From the NCBI GenBank assembly GCA_963845565.1, contig CAWJSJ010000005.1, positions 768,001-832,000 of the forward strand: a stretch of DNA of 64,000 bases. Direction: 5' to 3'. Positions within the stretch are counted from its first letter, which is position 1, and each line of letters opens with the position of its first letter. The notes under the pieces are model-generated. The model was not told the origin of the DNA. It ran no database searches and saw only the letters and a program-made list of their open reading frames with translations. A program made the position numbers and the translations under genes. This DNA is from an uncultured Methylomirabilota bacterium. GTDB taxonomy: Bacteria; Methylomirabilota; Methylomirabilia; Methylomirabilales; 2-02-FULL-66-22. Positions 1 to 10,349 of this stretch are shown here, one piece after another.

Positions 1-1477
1 TCGTCAGCGGGGCGTCGGTCCAGCGCAGCGCAAGCGGCGTGTCGCCGCGGAACGTCTGGACCAGCGAGCCGGACCGGATGAGGCGCACCTCCACTGGGAG
101 CCGTTTCCCGCCGGCCGTGCCGACGACGGCATGGATTTCGGGGCGGGCGCCCGCCCGGAGCACGAGGAGGCTGCCCGCCTCCGCCGGTGGGGCGTCCGAG
201 GAGATCGCCTGGAATCGGTCGAGCGTCAGCCCCTCCTCGGGGGTCCGCAGCAACGCATAGGCGCGTCCCGCCCGGAGGCTCTCCAGTATCGCGGCGGCGT
301 CTTTCCGCGCCGCCAAGATCACGGTTTGGACGTCGCCGAAGCGCTTGCCCGCCTGGCCTTCGAAGTGAAACGCCGCTTCCCCGACGGCCCAGGCTGGGGC
401 GGCCCGACGGGCGTGCAGATACTCCAGGAGGAGCTGGTCCCACCCCTGGCCTGGCTCGGTGAACGTCGTGGTGTCCTCGTAGATCCCGCCGAAGGCGGCG
501 AACCGGTCGGTCCGCAGGAGATCTTCAGGGTAGGGATCGGTCCGGATGGTGGCCCGCAAACCCGCCACGGTCACCACCTGATGGTCCCGCGCCTCCGGCA
601 GCGACCAGACCGAGACGCCACCCTTCGCGCCGACGAAGTCGATGACATTCTGGTGCGGCGTCAGGCCCGCGGCGTCGTCGTACGGGGAGACGCCGGACGG
701 GCGAAAGGGGTAGTTGTTCGCCAGCAACAGGATGCCCACCACCAGGCAGAGCACGCCGGGGGCGATCAGGCGCCGCTCCTCGGCGACGCGGAAATGCCGG
801 AGCCGAATCACCCGGCGGCGCTTGACCCGCAGGAGCCAGATACCACCGATTGTCAGCAACAGGGGAGACAGCAGCCACAGGCTCCCCAGGCCCCAGCGGC
901 CCGATCCGTCGTTTCCCACGACGGGGAGTGCCTGGTAGTCCTCCGCACGGTAGAGGCCGAGCGCCAGGACATTCTTCTGGGCGTTGTGCATGGTCAGCGT
1001 GCCGCCGAGCAGGTTGCCGGTCCAGAAATAGTGCGGGATGGTCTCCACCCCGGGGATGATCAGGACGTCCCGCTGTTTCTCGTTGGCGGCTTGGACGGCC
1101 CGGAGAAACGCGTCGGGGCCCTTGGGGAGAACCGACGGATACTCGACGCGGTGGCGCAGTAGTGTGCGCAACGGCGGCAGGCCGTATTCGAACCGCTGGA
1201 GATGGTTCTCGGCCAGGAAGACTGCCTCCACGTTGCGGCTGCGGGCTTGCGCGATGAGATCCTCCAGCGACAGCGCGCCGCTGCTCCAGGTCGAGTGGGC
1301 GTGCAGCACGGTGGCGATCGGGCGGAGAACCGGCGCGGACTGCGCGGCTGACGTGCCGGAGAACGAACCGACCAGGTGCGCGAACGCCCAGAGCGTTGCG
1401 ACGATCCGATGGACGCGTCCGCCGGATTTTCGACGGACCCCGGCGAGCTCAGCGGCGTCGGTCGTTCGCCATAACAT
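1..1477 (-). CDS. PHP-like metal-binding, membrane-anchored protein (runs off window edge)
   Basis: Not in ORF track. Read manually as a continuous frame from ATG at 1477: LHAHSTWSSG (HxH), FLAENH and IPGVE motifs, plus two internal hydrophobic helices. Confidence 0.55.
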   Translation of the reverse strand, partial: MLWRTTDAAELAGVRRKSGGRVHRIVATLWAFAHLVGSFSGTSAAQSAPVLRPIATVLHAHSTWSSGALSLEDLIAQARSRNVEAVFLAENHLQRFEYGLPPLRTLLRHRVEYPSVLPKGPDAFLRAVQAANEKQRDVLIIPGVETIPHYFWTGNLLGGTLTMHNAQKNVLALGLYRAEDYQALPVVGNDGSGRWGLGSLWLLSPLLLTIGGIWLLRVKRRRVIRLRHFRVAEERRLIAPGVLCLVVGILLLANNYPFRPSGVSPYDDAAGLTPHQNVIDFVGAKGGVSVWSLPEARDHQVVTVAGLRATIRTDPYPEDLLRTDRFAAFGGIYEDTTTFTEPGQGWDQLLLEYLHARRAAPAWAVGEAAFHFEGQAGKRFGDVQTVILAARKDAAAILESLRAGRAYALLRTPEEGLTLDRFQAISSDAPPAEAGSLLVLRAGARPEIHAVVGTAGGKRLPVEVRLIRSGSLVQTFRGDTPLALRWTDAPLT

Positions 1478-2585
1478 CGCGATACACCCGTGCAAGGGAT
1501 TCCACCATAGCCGGTGCGCCGTATCGGCCGGCACGGCGTCGGCCCGCTTCCCCCAGCGCTGTGGCCTGGTCGGGGTCTCGGAGCAGGCCGCAGACGGCGT
1601 CCGCCAGGGCCGCCGCGTCACCCGGCGGCACCAGTCGGCCGGCGGCGCCGTCGGCCAGGAGCTCGGGCACCCCGCCGACACGGGTGGCGACGATCGGTTT
1701 CCCGAGCGCCATGGCCATCACCAGGACGCGACCCATCCCCTCGTTCAGGGAGGGGAGGACGACCACGTCCATCCCGGCGAGCAGTGAGGGGACGTCATCG
1801 CGAAACCCTGTAAAGAGCACGCGATCGCCCACGCCGAGGCGTCGTGCCTGGGCCTCGAGGACCGACCGCGTCTCGCCGTCGCCGACGAAGACGAAACGGG
1901 CCGCCGGACACCGCCGGAGAATTGCGGGCGCGGCATCCAGGAGATGGGCGTGGCCCTTGATCGGGACCAGGCGCGCCACGGTGCCGATCGCCTGCCCATC
2001 CGGCACGAGACGCGCCGGCGTCGCGGCCACGACCGCGTCCAGATCGATTCCGCTGGGGATGGTGACGAACTGGCCTGCGCGGCCGATGCCGAGCGCAAGG
2101 TGCTGGTCGGCTTCGACATCGGTGAGCGTGATGATCCGATCCGTCCAGCGGGCGGCCAGCCGCTCCAGGACAACGAAACTGCGGGTGACCGGTGCCGAGA
2201 AATACCCCTGGAAGATATGGCCGTGCGGCGTGTACAGAATGTGCGGGGATCCCGCCAGCTTCGCCGCCATGCGCCCGATGAACCCGGCCTTGGAGGAATG
2301 CGTATGGACAATGTCCGGTCGAATTCTGCGGATCAGGCGCCACACCTGCCAGAGCGCCCGGCAGTCGTTGGCCACGCCGACCGGCCGACGGAGGTGGGGC
2401 ACCTCGAAGAAGGGGACCCCGGCGTCGCGCAGGGTCTCGGCAAGGCGCGGCGGCGGATCCACCGTCTGACCGGAGATCAGGCTGGAGGCAAACTCCGCCT
2501 TCGGCATCCGCATGGCCGAGATGACCGTGTTCTCGGCGGAACCGCCCACGTCCAGCCGGGTGATGATATGCAGGACCCGGATCAC
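1449..2585 (-). CDS. Glycosyltransferase family 4
   Basis: HTHSSKAG, ARLVPIKG and SLNEGMGRVLVMAMALGKP GT-B motifs. Confidence 0.9.
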   Translation of the reverse strand: MIRVLHIITRLDVGGSAENTVISAMRMPKAEFASSLISGQTVDPPPRLAETLRDAGVPFFEVPHLRRPVGVANDCRALWQVWRLIRRIRPDIVHTHSSKAGFIGRMAAKLAGSPHILYTPHGHIFQGYFSAPVTRSFVVLERLAARWTDRIITLTDVEADQHLALGIGRAGQFVTIPSGIDLDAVVAATPARLVPDGQAIGTVARLVPIKGHAHLLDAAPAILRRCPAARFVFVGDGETRSVLEAQARRLGVGDRVLFTGFRDDVPSLLAGMDVVVLPSLNEGMGRVLVMAMALGKPIVATRVGGVPELLADGAAGRLVPPGDAAALADAVCGLLRDPDQATALGEAGRRRAGRYGAPAMVESLARVYRDVMANDRRR

Positions 2586-4720
2586 GGCAGCCCTCCGGAC
2601 TCTGCGCGGGGTCGTTCCGCGTACAATTCGATGGACGGTCCGGTCAGGAGCCGTCCACGCGACAGGGTCTCCACGATGCCGGCTTGCGCGGCGATCAATC
2701 GGAACATGCCATGCAGGATGCGTGCCCGCGGACCCTGTCTATGCTCGTCCGGGTGTTCCGCTGCCAGCACGGAATTGCGAACCAGCGTGATGCGAAAGCC
2801 GGCGCGCTGGACGATCCGGCGCAGACCGTCAGGGGAAAAGGCGAACACGTGGAGCACCGGATAACGATCCCAACCGCGCCACCGGACGAGCGGGCCGAGC
2901 GCGGTCAGGACGCGGACCCAGGGGCGATGGAAGGCGGCGTTCGGAACGCGGATGATCACACGGCCGCCGGGGACCAGCACCCGAAAGGCTTCTTGCAGCG
3001 TGGTCACCGGATCGGGGGTGTGATCCAGAATATTGACGAGACACACGGCATCCGCACACGCGTCGCGAAAGGGCAGCGCGGCGGCATCCGCCTGCGCGGC
3101 GGGGCACCCCAACGTCCCGGCGGTCACGCAGGCCCCATGGGAGACGTCGGTGCCGGCAGCGCGCCACCCGCGGCGGCACGCCGATGCCAGCAAATGTCCG
3201 CCCCCGCAGCCGATGTCCAGTAGCCGGGTTTCTCCCGCGGGGGAGGCAAGGCAGTCCAGGATGGAGGAAAACATTTCCGCCCGGGGTGCGACGATCTGCT
3301 GGGGCGGGAAGCGCTCCGGATACTCGACCCCGTAGCGAGTCCGGAGGACCGTCTTGGCCGGGACGGTAGCGATCCTGCCGGTGCGGCACCGGGGGCACTG
3401 AAGATAGGCGGACCCCCCATACGCGAGGCCGGTTCTCGCGAAGGTGTCACCGCAGGCGGGGCAGGGTGCTGCGGGTGCGGACGCAGAAGGGCGAGGGTCG
3501 ACGAGTTCCGAGAGCGTGTCCTCCAGGTGACTGACCGATCGGTCCCAGCCGTACTCGGCCTCGGCATACAGACGGCAGGCCGTCCGCCGGGTGTCGGCGG
3601 CGCTCCGGTCCCGGGTCAAGGTCTCGAGAAACTCCTGGAGCCGTTCGGCCATGGCCTCGGGTGAGGCGGCGCGGAACAAGAGGGAGGAATCCAGCGGACG
3701 CAAGATCTCCGGGGTTGCCCCGATGGCGGTCGCCAGAACCGGCGTCCCGGACGCCAGCGCCTCGACGGTGATCAGGCCGAAGCCTTCGAGTTCCCGGGTG
3801 GGCAGGACAAACGCATCCGCCGCCTGATAGTAGCGAGGAAGATCCGCATCCGGGATGTATCCCACGAACCGCACCTGCTCCTGGAGCTGCAAGGACGCTG
3901 CGCGCGACTCCAGCGCGGTTCGCAGGGACCCGGTGCCGCCAACCAGAAGCACCGCGCTGGGCACGGCCCGGCGCAGGATCGCCATCGCCTCGATCAGCGT
4001 ATCCAGCCCCATCCGCGCCTCGAGGTTCCGAACGGTCAGGAGCAGGGGAATGCCTTCGGGGAGCCCCAGTTCTCGCCGGACCGCATCCCGGTCGGGCACC
4101 GGCACGAAGCGGTCGATGTCGGCGCCGCCCGGGATCCTGACGATCCGGCCAGAGGGGATCCGGTAGAGTCGCCAGAGTTGATCCGCCGAGAAGTCGCTCA
4201 GGACGTGGATGCGGGTCGCGCGGCGCAGACAGGATCGTTCGATCGCCCACAAGAGCGTCTGGGCGGCCCGGGCCGCGAACCCGGGATGGTGGTGAGCCGT
4301 CATCCCCTGGCGCGAACGGTATTCCAGCGGGGCCGGCGAGAGGAAGGTGTAGAGCCGGGGGAGGCCGCGCACGCCGCGGGCCCCGAGGGCCCCGTAGGCG
4401 GAGAATGGCTGGTGCAGGTGGATGACGTCGGCGGGCGCCGCCTCGAGGGCCGCGGCGACGGCGCGGCGGGCCCCCCGGATGGAGCTCATGAAAAACTGCA
4501 GAGAGGAGGATCCGTGCCGGCACGGGTAGCCGGCGATCGAGACACCCTGCCGTTCCGTGGAGCCCGTCTCGGCATCGGACGCCGCCCGGCTGATGATGCG
4601 CACCCGGTGCCCGCGCCCGGCCAGACGCCAGGCCTGCTCCCACAAGACCCGCTCGGCCCCACCCCGGATGGTGAGCGGGGAGACATCGGACACCGCCAGG
4701 ACGCCAAGGGGGCGGCTCAT
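2582..4720 (-). CDS. GT4 glycosyltransferase fused to Zn-ribbon and class I SAM methyltransferase
   Basis: Start MSRPLGVLAV overlaps asnB stop (ATGA). LEGFGLITVEALASG, CPACG..CPRC and LLDIGCGGG motifs. Confidence 0.85.
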   Translation of the reverse strand: MSRPLGVLAVSDVSPLTIRGGAERVLWEQAWRLAGRGHRVRIISRAASDAETGSTERQGVSIAGYPCRHGSSSLQFFMSSIRGARRAVAAALEAAPADVIHLHQPFSAYGALGARGVRGLPRLYTFLSPAPLEYRSRQGMTAHHHPGFAARAAQTLLWAIERSCLRRATRIHVLSDFSADQLWRLYRIPSGRIVRIPGGADIDRFVPVPDRDAVRRELGLPEGIPLLLTVRNLEARMGLDTLIEAMAILRRAVPSAVLLVGGTGSLRTALESRAASLQLQEQVRFVGYIPDADLPRYYQAADAFVLPTRELEGFGLITVEALASGTPVLATAIGATPEILRPLDSSLLFRAASPEAMAERLQEFLETLTRDRSAADTRRTACRLYAEAEYGWDRSVSHLEDTLSELVDPRPSASAPAAPCPACGDTFARTGLAYGGSAYLQCPRCRTGRIATVPAKTVLRTRYGVEYPERFPPQQIVAPRAEMFSSILDCLASPAGETRLLDIGCGGGHLLASACRRGWRAAGTDVSHGACVTAGTLGCPAAQADAAALPFRDACADAVCLVNILDHTPDPVTTLQEAFRVLVPGGRVIIRVPNAAFHRPWVRVLTALGPLVRWRGWDRYPVLHVFAFSPDGLRRIVQRAGFRITLVRNSVLAAEHPDEHRQGPRARILHGMFRLIAAQAGIVETLSRGRLLTGPSIELYAERPRAESGGLP

Positions 4721-6621
4721 GGTCGCCCCAGGGTGAAGAGGCCGCCGGAATCCAGGCGCTGCCGCATCCACATCTCGGCCATCATGATAGCCCACAGCCG
4801 ATCGCTGTGGGAACGGGCCCCGCTCAGGTGCTCTCGCTTGAGGCGCTCCACCGTCTCCGGCACGAACAGGCCGCGGCGTCGTACCCGCTCTGCAGACAGG
4901 AGATCCTCCAGGAGACCCCGCAGATCGGTGCGGAGCCATCGGCCCAGCGGGACCATGAAGCCCTGCTTGCGGTGTGAGAGGACCTCCGGGGGCAGCACGT
5001 CCGCGAAGGCGGCCTTGAGCAAGCCCTTGAGGCGCGTGCCTGGGATCTTCGTCCGGGACGGGATGTGTAGGCTCTCCTCGACGAGCCGGTGGTCGCAGAA
5101 AGGCGCCCGGAGCTCCAGAGAGTTGGCCATGCTCATCCGGTCGGCCAAGACGAGCAGGTCGTCGGGAAGGTAGGTGTCGAGGTCGATCCGGAAGGCGCCG
5201 TCCATCCCGTCCCCCGGAACCCGGTGGGCAAAGGCGGCCCGCTGCCGGGAGTCGACGGGTGCGCTCCAGGCGGACTGCAGGGCGGGCGTCGCCAGGCGCG
5301 CCAGCTCCTCGTCGTTGAAAAAGCGCGTCCAGCCGATGTAGCGGTCCGGCATGGGTCGCTCGGCACCGGTCACAAAGCGGCGGAACCAGTCGGCCCAGTT
5401 GCGGCTCTTCTCGCTTTCCGCCACCGAGCCAACCAGCACCTTCCCCGCGATCGCGCGGAGAGGAGACGGCAGGCGGCGGTAGAGTTCGGAGAACCGGACG
5501 CCCAGGTAGCGCGGATACCCGCCGAATGTCTCGTCGCCACCGATCCCGGAGAGCGCCACCTTGACGTGGCGGGCGGTGGCCTGGGCCACCGCAAAGGTGG
5601 GGATGGCCGACGAATCCGCGAACGGCTCGTCGAAGTGATCGACCAGCACGGGGAGGAGATCGGCCACGTTGGGCTCCAGGATCTCCTCGGTGTGATCGGT
5701 CCCGAAGCGCTGGGCCACCAAGCGGGCGTACGGGCGCTCGTCGAAGGAGGCGGCTGAAGCGCCGAACCCGATGGAGAAGGTGGCGATGCGTTGACTGGTG
5801 GCCTCCCGCATGCAGGCGACGACCGCGCTGGAATCCACACCGCCGCTCAGGAAGACGCCCAAGGGCACGTCGCTTTCCAGGCGGTCCGCCACGGCCTCCT
5901 GGAGCGTGTGGCGGACACGGGCGGCCGTCTCCGCTTCGGGAGGGGGCGCCACGTCCCGCCCGGCGGGCAGGCGCCAATAGCCGCGCACCGTCAGGTTGCC
6001 TTGGTGGAGCCGTGCGGTATGGGCGGGCGGAAGCTTGGCGATTCCTGCGAAGATGGAGTCCTCGGCGGGCGTGTACCCGAACGCAAGATAGTGATGGAAG
6101 GCGTCCAGGTTTACCTGGCGGGATACCGCCGGGTGGCACAGCAGGGCCTTGATCTCGGACGCGAAGAGGAAGAGTCCGTTCTGATGCCGGTAGTAGAGCG
6201 GCTTTTTCCCCAGCCGGTCGCGCGCCAGGAAGAGCGTCGCGCGGGCCGCATCCCAGATGGCGAAGGCGAACATGCCGCGCAGTCGTTCCACACACCGCTC
6301 GCCTTCGTCCTCGTACAGGTGGAGAATCGCCTCGGTGTCGCTCCGGGTCCGAAATCGGTGTCCCCGAGCCTCCAGGTCGCGCTGCAGTTCCCGGTGGTTG
6401 TAGATCTCCCCGTTGAAGACGATCCAGAGGGAGCCGTCCTCGTTGGTCATCGGCTGCCGCCCGCCCGCCACATCGATGATGGCGAGGCGGGTCATCCCGA
6501 TCCCCACGGAGGGCTCTTCATGGAGGCCGGTGTCGTCCGGGCCGCGGTGGCGCAGTGTCCGGAGCATGTCAGGGAGCACTCCCGGCGCCGCCGTCCCCTG
6601 GTACCCTGCAATTCCGCACAT
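4717..6621 (-). CDS. asnB: Asparagine synthase (glutamine-hydrolyzing), polysaccharide amidotransferase type
   Basis: MCGIAG N-terminus, HRGPDD, LSGGVDSS, GGDETFGGY. Confidence 0.92.
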   Translation of the reverse strand: MCGIAGYQGTAAPGVLPDMLRTLRHRGPDDTGLHEEPSVGIGMTRLAIIDVAGGRQPMTNEDGSLWIVFNGEIYNHRELQRDLEARGHRFRTRSDTEAILHLYEDEGERCVERLRGMFAFAIWDAARATLFLARDRLGKKPLYYRHQNGLFLFASEIKALLCHPAVSRQVNLDAFHHYLAFGYTPAEDSIFAGIAKLPPAHTARLHQGNLTVRGYWRLPAGRDVAPPPEAETAARVRHTLQEAVADRLESDVPLGVFLSGGVDSSAVVACMREATSQRIATFSIGFGASAASFDERPYARLVAQRFGTDHTEEILEPNVADLLPVLVDHFDEPFADSSAIPTFAVAQATARHVKVALSGIGGDETFGGYPRYLGVRFSELYRRLPSPLRAIAGKVLVGSVAESEKSRNWADWFRRFVTGAERPMPDRYIGWTRFFNDEELARLATPALQSAWSAPVDSRQRAAFAHRVPGDGMDGAFRIDLDTYLPDDLLVLADRMSMANSLELRAPFCDHRLVEESLHIPSRTKIPGTRLKGLLKAAFADVLPPEVLSHRKQGFMVPLGRWLRTDLRGLLEDLLSAERVRRRGLFVPETVERLKREHLSGARSHSDRLWAIMMAEMWMRQRLDSGGLFTLGRP

Positions 6622-6624
6622 GGG

Positions 6625-7755
6625 TCAGGACGCTCCGCTTTCCGTGGCGAGGGTCTCCAGGAGATCCACCAGGCGGGCGGTTGTCTTTCGGGGGTCGAAG
6701 TCGCGCGCGCGCGACAACCCCTGCGCGCGCAGGGTGCACCGGAGGGTTTCATCGGCCGCGATGCGACGAAGGGCTGCGGCCATGTCGCCGACACTCGTGG
6801 GGTCAAAGTAGAGCGCCGCGTCGCCGGCGACCTCGGGCAACGCGCCCGCACGGGCGCACACCACGGGGGTGCCGCATGCCATGGCCTCCAGGACGGGCAA
6901 GCCGAATCCTTCCGCCAGGGAAGGGCATACGAGCGCGGTGGCGCCCGCGTAGAGCCGAGGGAGATCCTCCGGCGCGATGAAGCCCGGCATGATTATCCCG
7001 TCGTGCGCGAGTGTCCGCGGGTCCAGCGCACGCGCCGGTCCGTGCCCTGTGGGGGAACCGGCCAGGACCAACGCCACGCGCTCCCGCTCGGCGGTCGGCA
7101 GCACGGTGTGGGCCTCGGCCAAACGCGCAAGGTTCTTGTGCGGGAGGAAGTTTCCGACCGCGAGGAGATACGGGCCCCCAATGCCGTATCGGGACATGGT
7201 GTCCCGAATGTCCTCGGGTTGATGGCCGGGATGGAACTCGCGTCCGACGCCGATGGGTATTACATGGATTCGGGCGGCGGGAATTCCGAGCCGACCAGCG
7301 ATCTCCCGCTTGCTGTATTCCGAATCGGTAATGACGGCGGTGGCTCGCCGGCTGAGGAGGGTTGCCCAGAGGCGGAACGCGATGGCGAAGCCTCTCCGCC
7401 AGCCTCGCGTGTACGCCGGAAAGGTGACTGGGATCAGGTCGTGGATGGTCACGACCGTGGGACACGGCGCCCTTCGGGGCGCCTTGTAGTACGGCGAGAA
7501 GAACAGCGTGGCCGAGATCTCGCGCAGCGCGCGCGGGAGGAGCACCTGATCGAAATAGAGGCCCGGTCGCCACGGGAGGCGGCGCACGGACAGGTGCGGG
7601 GCGGCGACGGGGATCCGCGTGGTCCGGCCTGCCATGGCAACGGTCGTGAGGTGAGGGCGGCTCTGGGCGATCTCCTCCAGGATCCCCCCAAGGAAGCGCC
7701 CGATGCCGGTGACCCGGCCCGGTACCAATTCTCGGCAGTCGATGGCCAGAACCAT
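6625..7755 (-). CDS. Glycosyltransferase family 4
   Basis: TIHDLIP, PHKNL, SLAEGFGLPVLEAMACG. Start placed at MVLAID. Confidence 0.9.
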   Translation of the reverse strand: MVLAIDCRELVPGRVTGIGRFLGGILEEIAQSRPHLTTVAMAGRTTRIPVAAPHLSVRRLPWRPGLYFDQVLLPRALREISATLFFSPYYKAPRRAPCPTVVTIHDLIPVTFPAYTRGWRRGFAIAFRLWATLLSRRATAVITDSEYSKREIAGRLGIPAARIHVIPIGVGREFHPGHQPEDIRDTMSRYGIGGPYLLAVGNFLPHKNLARLAEAHTVLPTAERERVALVLAGSPTGHGPARALDPRTLAHDGIIMPGFIAPEDLPRLYAGATALVCPSLAEGFGLPVLEAMACGTPVVCARAGALPEVAGDAALYFDPTSVGDMAAALRRIAADETLRCTLRAQGLSRARDFDPRKTTARLVDLLETLATESGAS

Positions 7756-7817
7756 ACAGGACGCCTCTTTCGTCCGGCGACGGGACGGCGGTCCGGTCGC
7801 CGGCGCGTGCCCGGCGC

Positions 7818-8546
7818 TCACTTCAATCTGCCATACCTCGCCCGTATGCGGAGCAGGTCCGGGACGACCCTGAGCGCCATCGCGGCGACTCTGGAGCGCT
7901 TTCCGGGGACGTCCCGCCATTGCCGGAGCGGACACTCCACGATGGTCGCCTCGCGGAGCCGGAACATCAATTCGACGTCGAAAAGCCACCGCGACACGAA
8001 GGGAGCGGCAAACGCGGCGGCGACGACCTCGCGCCGGAACAGCTTCGCCCCGCATTGGGAGTCGTAGCTTCCGATGTTCAGCATCAGGGCCGCCATCGTC
8101 GCAAAACATCGGCCCGCCAGATGGCGAAAGAAACTCCGTTCGATGACGCTGCCGAGCCGATACACCCGGCTTCCCCAGATGGAATCCGCCGGGTCGTCGA
8201 GTTGCCGCGAGAATCGCAGGAATGACCGGACCTCCGACAGCGGCGTCGCCAGGTCCGCATCCCAGTACCCGAACCAGGCGGCCTCGCTCAGGGGCGGCGT
8301 GCGCACGGCGTGCAACATGCCGGCCCTGACCGCCTCGGCTTTGCCCCGGTTATGCGGCAGGTCCAGCAGATGAATCCGCACGCCTAGGTGCTTCCGTACC
8401 ACGTCGGCGGTGCGATCGGTGGAGCCGTCATTGACGAACAGCAGCAGGGAGGACTCGGGGCCGGCAAGGAACCGGTCCATGTCGAGCCGTGCCGCCTCGT
8501 TGTGGCAGGGAATCACGAGACAGGTTTTTTCCTGGCCGTTAGACAT
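7818..8546 (-). CDS. Glycosyltransferase family 2 (polyprenol-P glycosyltransferase-like)
   Basis: VIPCHNEA, VNDGSTD, WDADLATP, DSQCGAKLF, WLFDVE. Confidence 0.88.
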   Translation of the reverse strand: MSNGQEKTCLVIPCHNEAARLDMDRFLAGPESSLLLFVNDGSTDRTADVVRKHLGVRIHLLDLPHNRGKAEAVRAGMLHAVRTPPLSEAAWFGYWDADLATPLSEVRSFLRFSRQLDDPADSIWGSRVYRLGSVIERSFFRHLAGRCFATMAALMLNIGSYDSQCGAKLFRREVVAAAFAAPFVSRWLFDVELMFRLREATIVECPLRQWRDVPGKRSRVAAMALRVVPDLLRIRARYGRLK

Positions 8547-9244
8547 ATCGACAGCCCGGGAAGGTGCAGGCCGCGTGACGCCAGCCATCGGTTGAGAGTG
8601 AAATCGGTTCTCAGGATTGCAACCAGGCACCTGGTCGTGGGGTGTGTTTCCGAGAGCCGCCACGCGCCGATTCCTCCTACCATGCCATGGAGGCGGAACC
8701 TCGCCAGGAGCACCTGGGCGCATCTTATCAGGAAAAGCGAGCTGAAGAAATGGAATGACTGCGCGGAATCGACCCTCAGGCCCCGCAGCAACTCATGCAG
8801 TTGCGCGCGGCCGTATCTCCTCAGGTGTTTCAGGCGGACGTCGTGGGCCGAGAACAGAAAGCCGTAGGCGGGGACGGTGACCAGAAGGCGTCCCCCGGGT
8901 CGCAGTTTTTCCACGGTTTCGGCGACAAGGCGCCCGTCATCTCGCTCGTGCTCCAGGACATCCATGAGAAACGCGAGGTCGAGACTTGCGTCGGGAATGG
9001 CAGCCAGGTTCCGGCGCAGGAGGATTCCGTCGATCTCGGCGGACGCGGTATACCCTGTGTCCACCGCAAAGACCTCCGCGCGCGCGTGCCCCCGCAGGCG
9101 GCGCGCGAAAAACAGATCACCTGCGCCGACATCGCCGATCCGGGTAACATCGCTCATCTCGATCAGGCGCAGCAAACAGTCGGCCCTGGCCAGCTCCCAG
9201 GGGTGACGCGCCATGTGACCCGCCGGAATTTCTCTCAGATCCAT
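8513..9244 (-). CDS. Class I SAM-dependent methyltransferase
   Basis: DVGAGD, MDVLEH, PGGRLLVTVPA, HLRRY. Confidence 0.85.
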   Translation of the reverse strand: MDLREIPAGHMARHPWELARADCLLRLIEMSDVTRIGDVGAGDLFFARRLRGHARAEVFAVDTGYTASAEIDGILLRRNLAAIPDASLDLAFLMDVLEHERDDGRLVAETVEKLRPGGRLLVTVPAYGFLFSAHDVRLKHLRRYGRAQLHELLRGLRVDSAQSFHFFSSLFLIRCAQVLLARFRLHGMVGGIGAWRLSETHPTTRCLVAILRTDFTLNRWLASRGLHLPGLSICLTARKKPVS

Positions 9245-9254
9245 TATCCGCCGC

Positions 9255-10349
9255 TCAGTGATCCAGGACTTCCGCGTACACCCCCTCGACGCCGTCCACA
9301 TGCCGGCGGATGGTGAAGCGTGCCAGGGCGTGGGTGTGCGCCGCCTGGCCCATGGCGCGCCGGCGATCGGGGTCGCCCAAGAGCGTGGTCACGGCGTGGG
9401 CCAGGGCGGCGGGGTCGTCCGGAGGGACGAGGAGACCGGTCTGACCGTCGACTACGACTTCCGGGATCCCGCCCACGCGGCTGGCGACGGCCGGGATCGC
9501 CAGGAAGGCGGCCTCCACCAGAACACGGCCAAACCCCTCCGATCGCGAAGGCAGCGCGATGAGGTCCGCCTCCCCGAACGCCGGCCGCGGATCCGGCATC
9601 CAGGGTCGAAACTCCACGGCGTCTCCCACCCCGAGTCTCTCGGCAAGGCCGCGGAGGCGTTCAGCTTCGCCCGCCACGTCGGCTCCGACGAAGAGGACGC
9701 GGACCGACGGAACCCGGCGTCGGACCAGGGGTATCGCCTGGAGGAGCGTGGCCTGCCCCTTCTCCGGGGACAGCCGGCCGACACAGAGGACCGTGGGGAG
9801 CGCATCCGTCCGCGCGCGAGACTCCGAGGGCGCCCAGTACGCCGGGTCCACGCCGTTGTAGACGACGCGGACCTTCTCCGTCTGGCGTCGGCCGTCGAAC
9901 CGGGATGTCACCGCCGTGGAGATGGTGATGACGCGGGTCGACAGCCGCAGAAGGAGCCCGTCCAGCCACGGGTCCCGCTCGGCGATCCGGACATGCCAGA
10001 TCACCGGCACGCGAGAACGGCGGGCCGCCAGGCCGGCGTAGAGCGTCCCGCGGCTGCCGTGCGTGTGCACGAGGCGCACGCCGGTCGCGATCAGAAGGGA
10101 TCGGAGGGTTCGGAGGGAGCGCGAGGCGGCGCGCAGGCTCCACGGACGGAGCGGCGGCAGCGCGAGTATGGTGACCGGGATCCCCAGGGCGCGGAGGGCG
10201 TCGGCGACCTCCCCGTCGGCAGGGACGACAGCGTGCGGGAGGAAGCGGTCCCGGTTCAGGCCGCGGGCGAGCGCCAGGAAGCTTTCCTCGCCGCCGCCCA
10301 CGCGGTCGGCGAAATTGGCGACCAGGAGCATGCGGACCGGGTCAGGCAT
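9255..10349 (-). CDS. Glycosyltransferase family 4
   Basis: GGGEES, GRLSPEKG, SRSEGFGRVLVEA. Start MPDPVR. Confidence 0.9.
   Translation of the reverse strand: MPDPVRMLLVANFADRVGGGEESFLALARGLNRDRFLPHAVVPADGEVADALRALGIPVTILALPPLRPWSLRAASRSLRTLRSLLIATGVRLVHTHGSRGTLYAGLAARRSRVPVIWHVRIAERDPWLDGLLLRLSTRVITISTAVTSRFDGRRQTEKVRVVYNGVDPAYWAPSESRARTDALPTVLCVGRLSPEKGQATLLQAIPLVRRRVPSVRVLFVGADVAGEAERLRGLAERLGVGDAVEFRPWMPDPRPAFGEADLIALPSRSEGFGRVLVEAAFLAIPAVASRVGGIPEVVVDGQTGLLVPPDDPAALAHAVTTLLGDPDRRRAMGQAAHTHALARFTIRRHVDGVEGVYAEVLDH

Noticed and set aside
4721..6295. N-terminal half of the 1237-aa ORF
   Set aside because: Off-frame shadow of asnB; the real gene starts at 4720.
4717..6621. AsnB as a lasso cyclase for the precursors
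   Set aside because: It has an intact N-terminal Cys glutaminase domain, lies 20 kb away among glycosyltransferases, and no transglutaminase-like B2 leader peptidase is seen.
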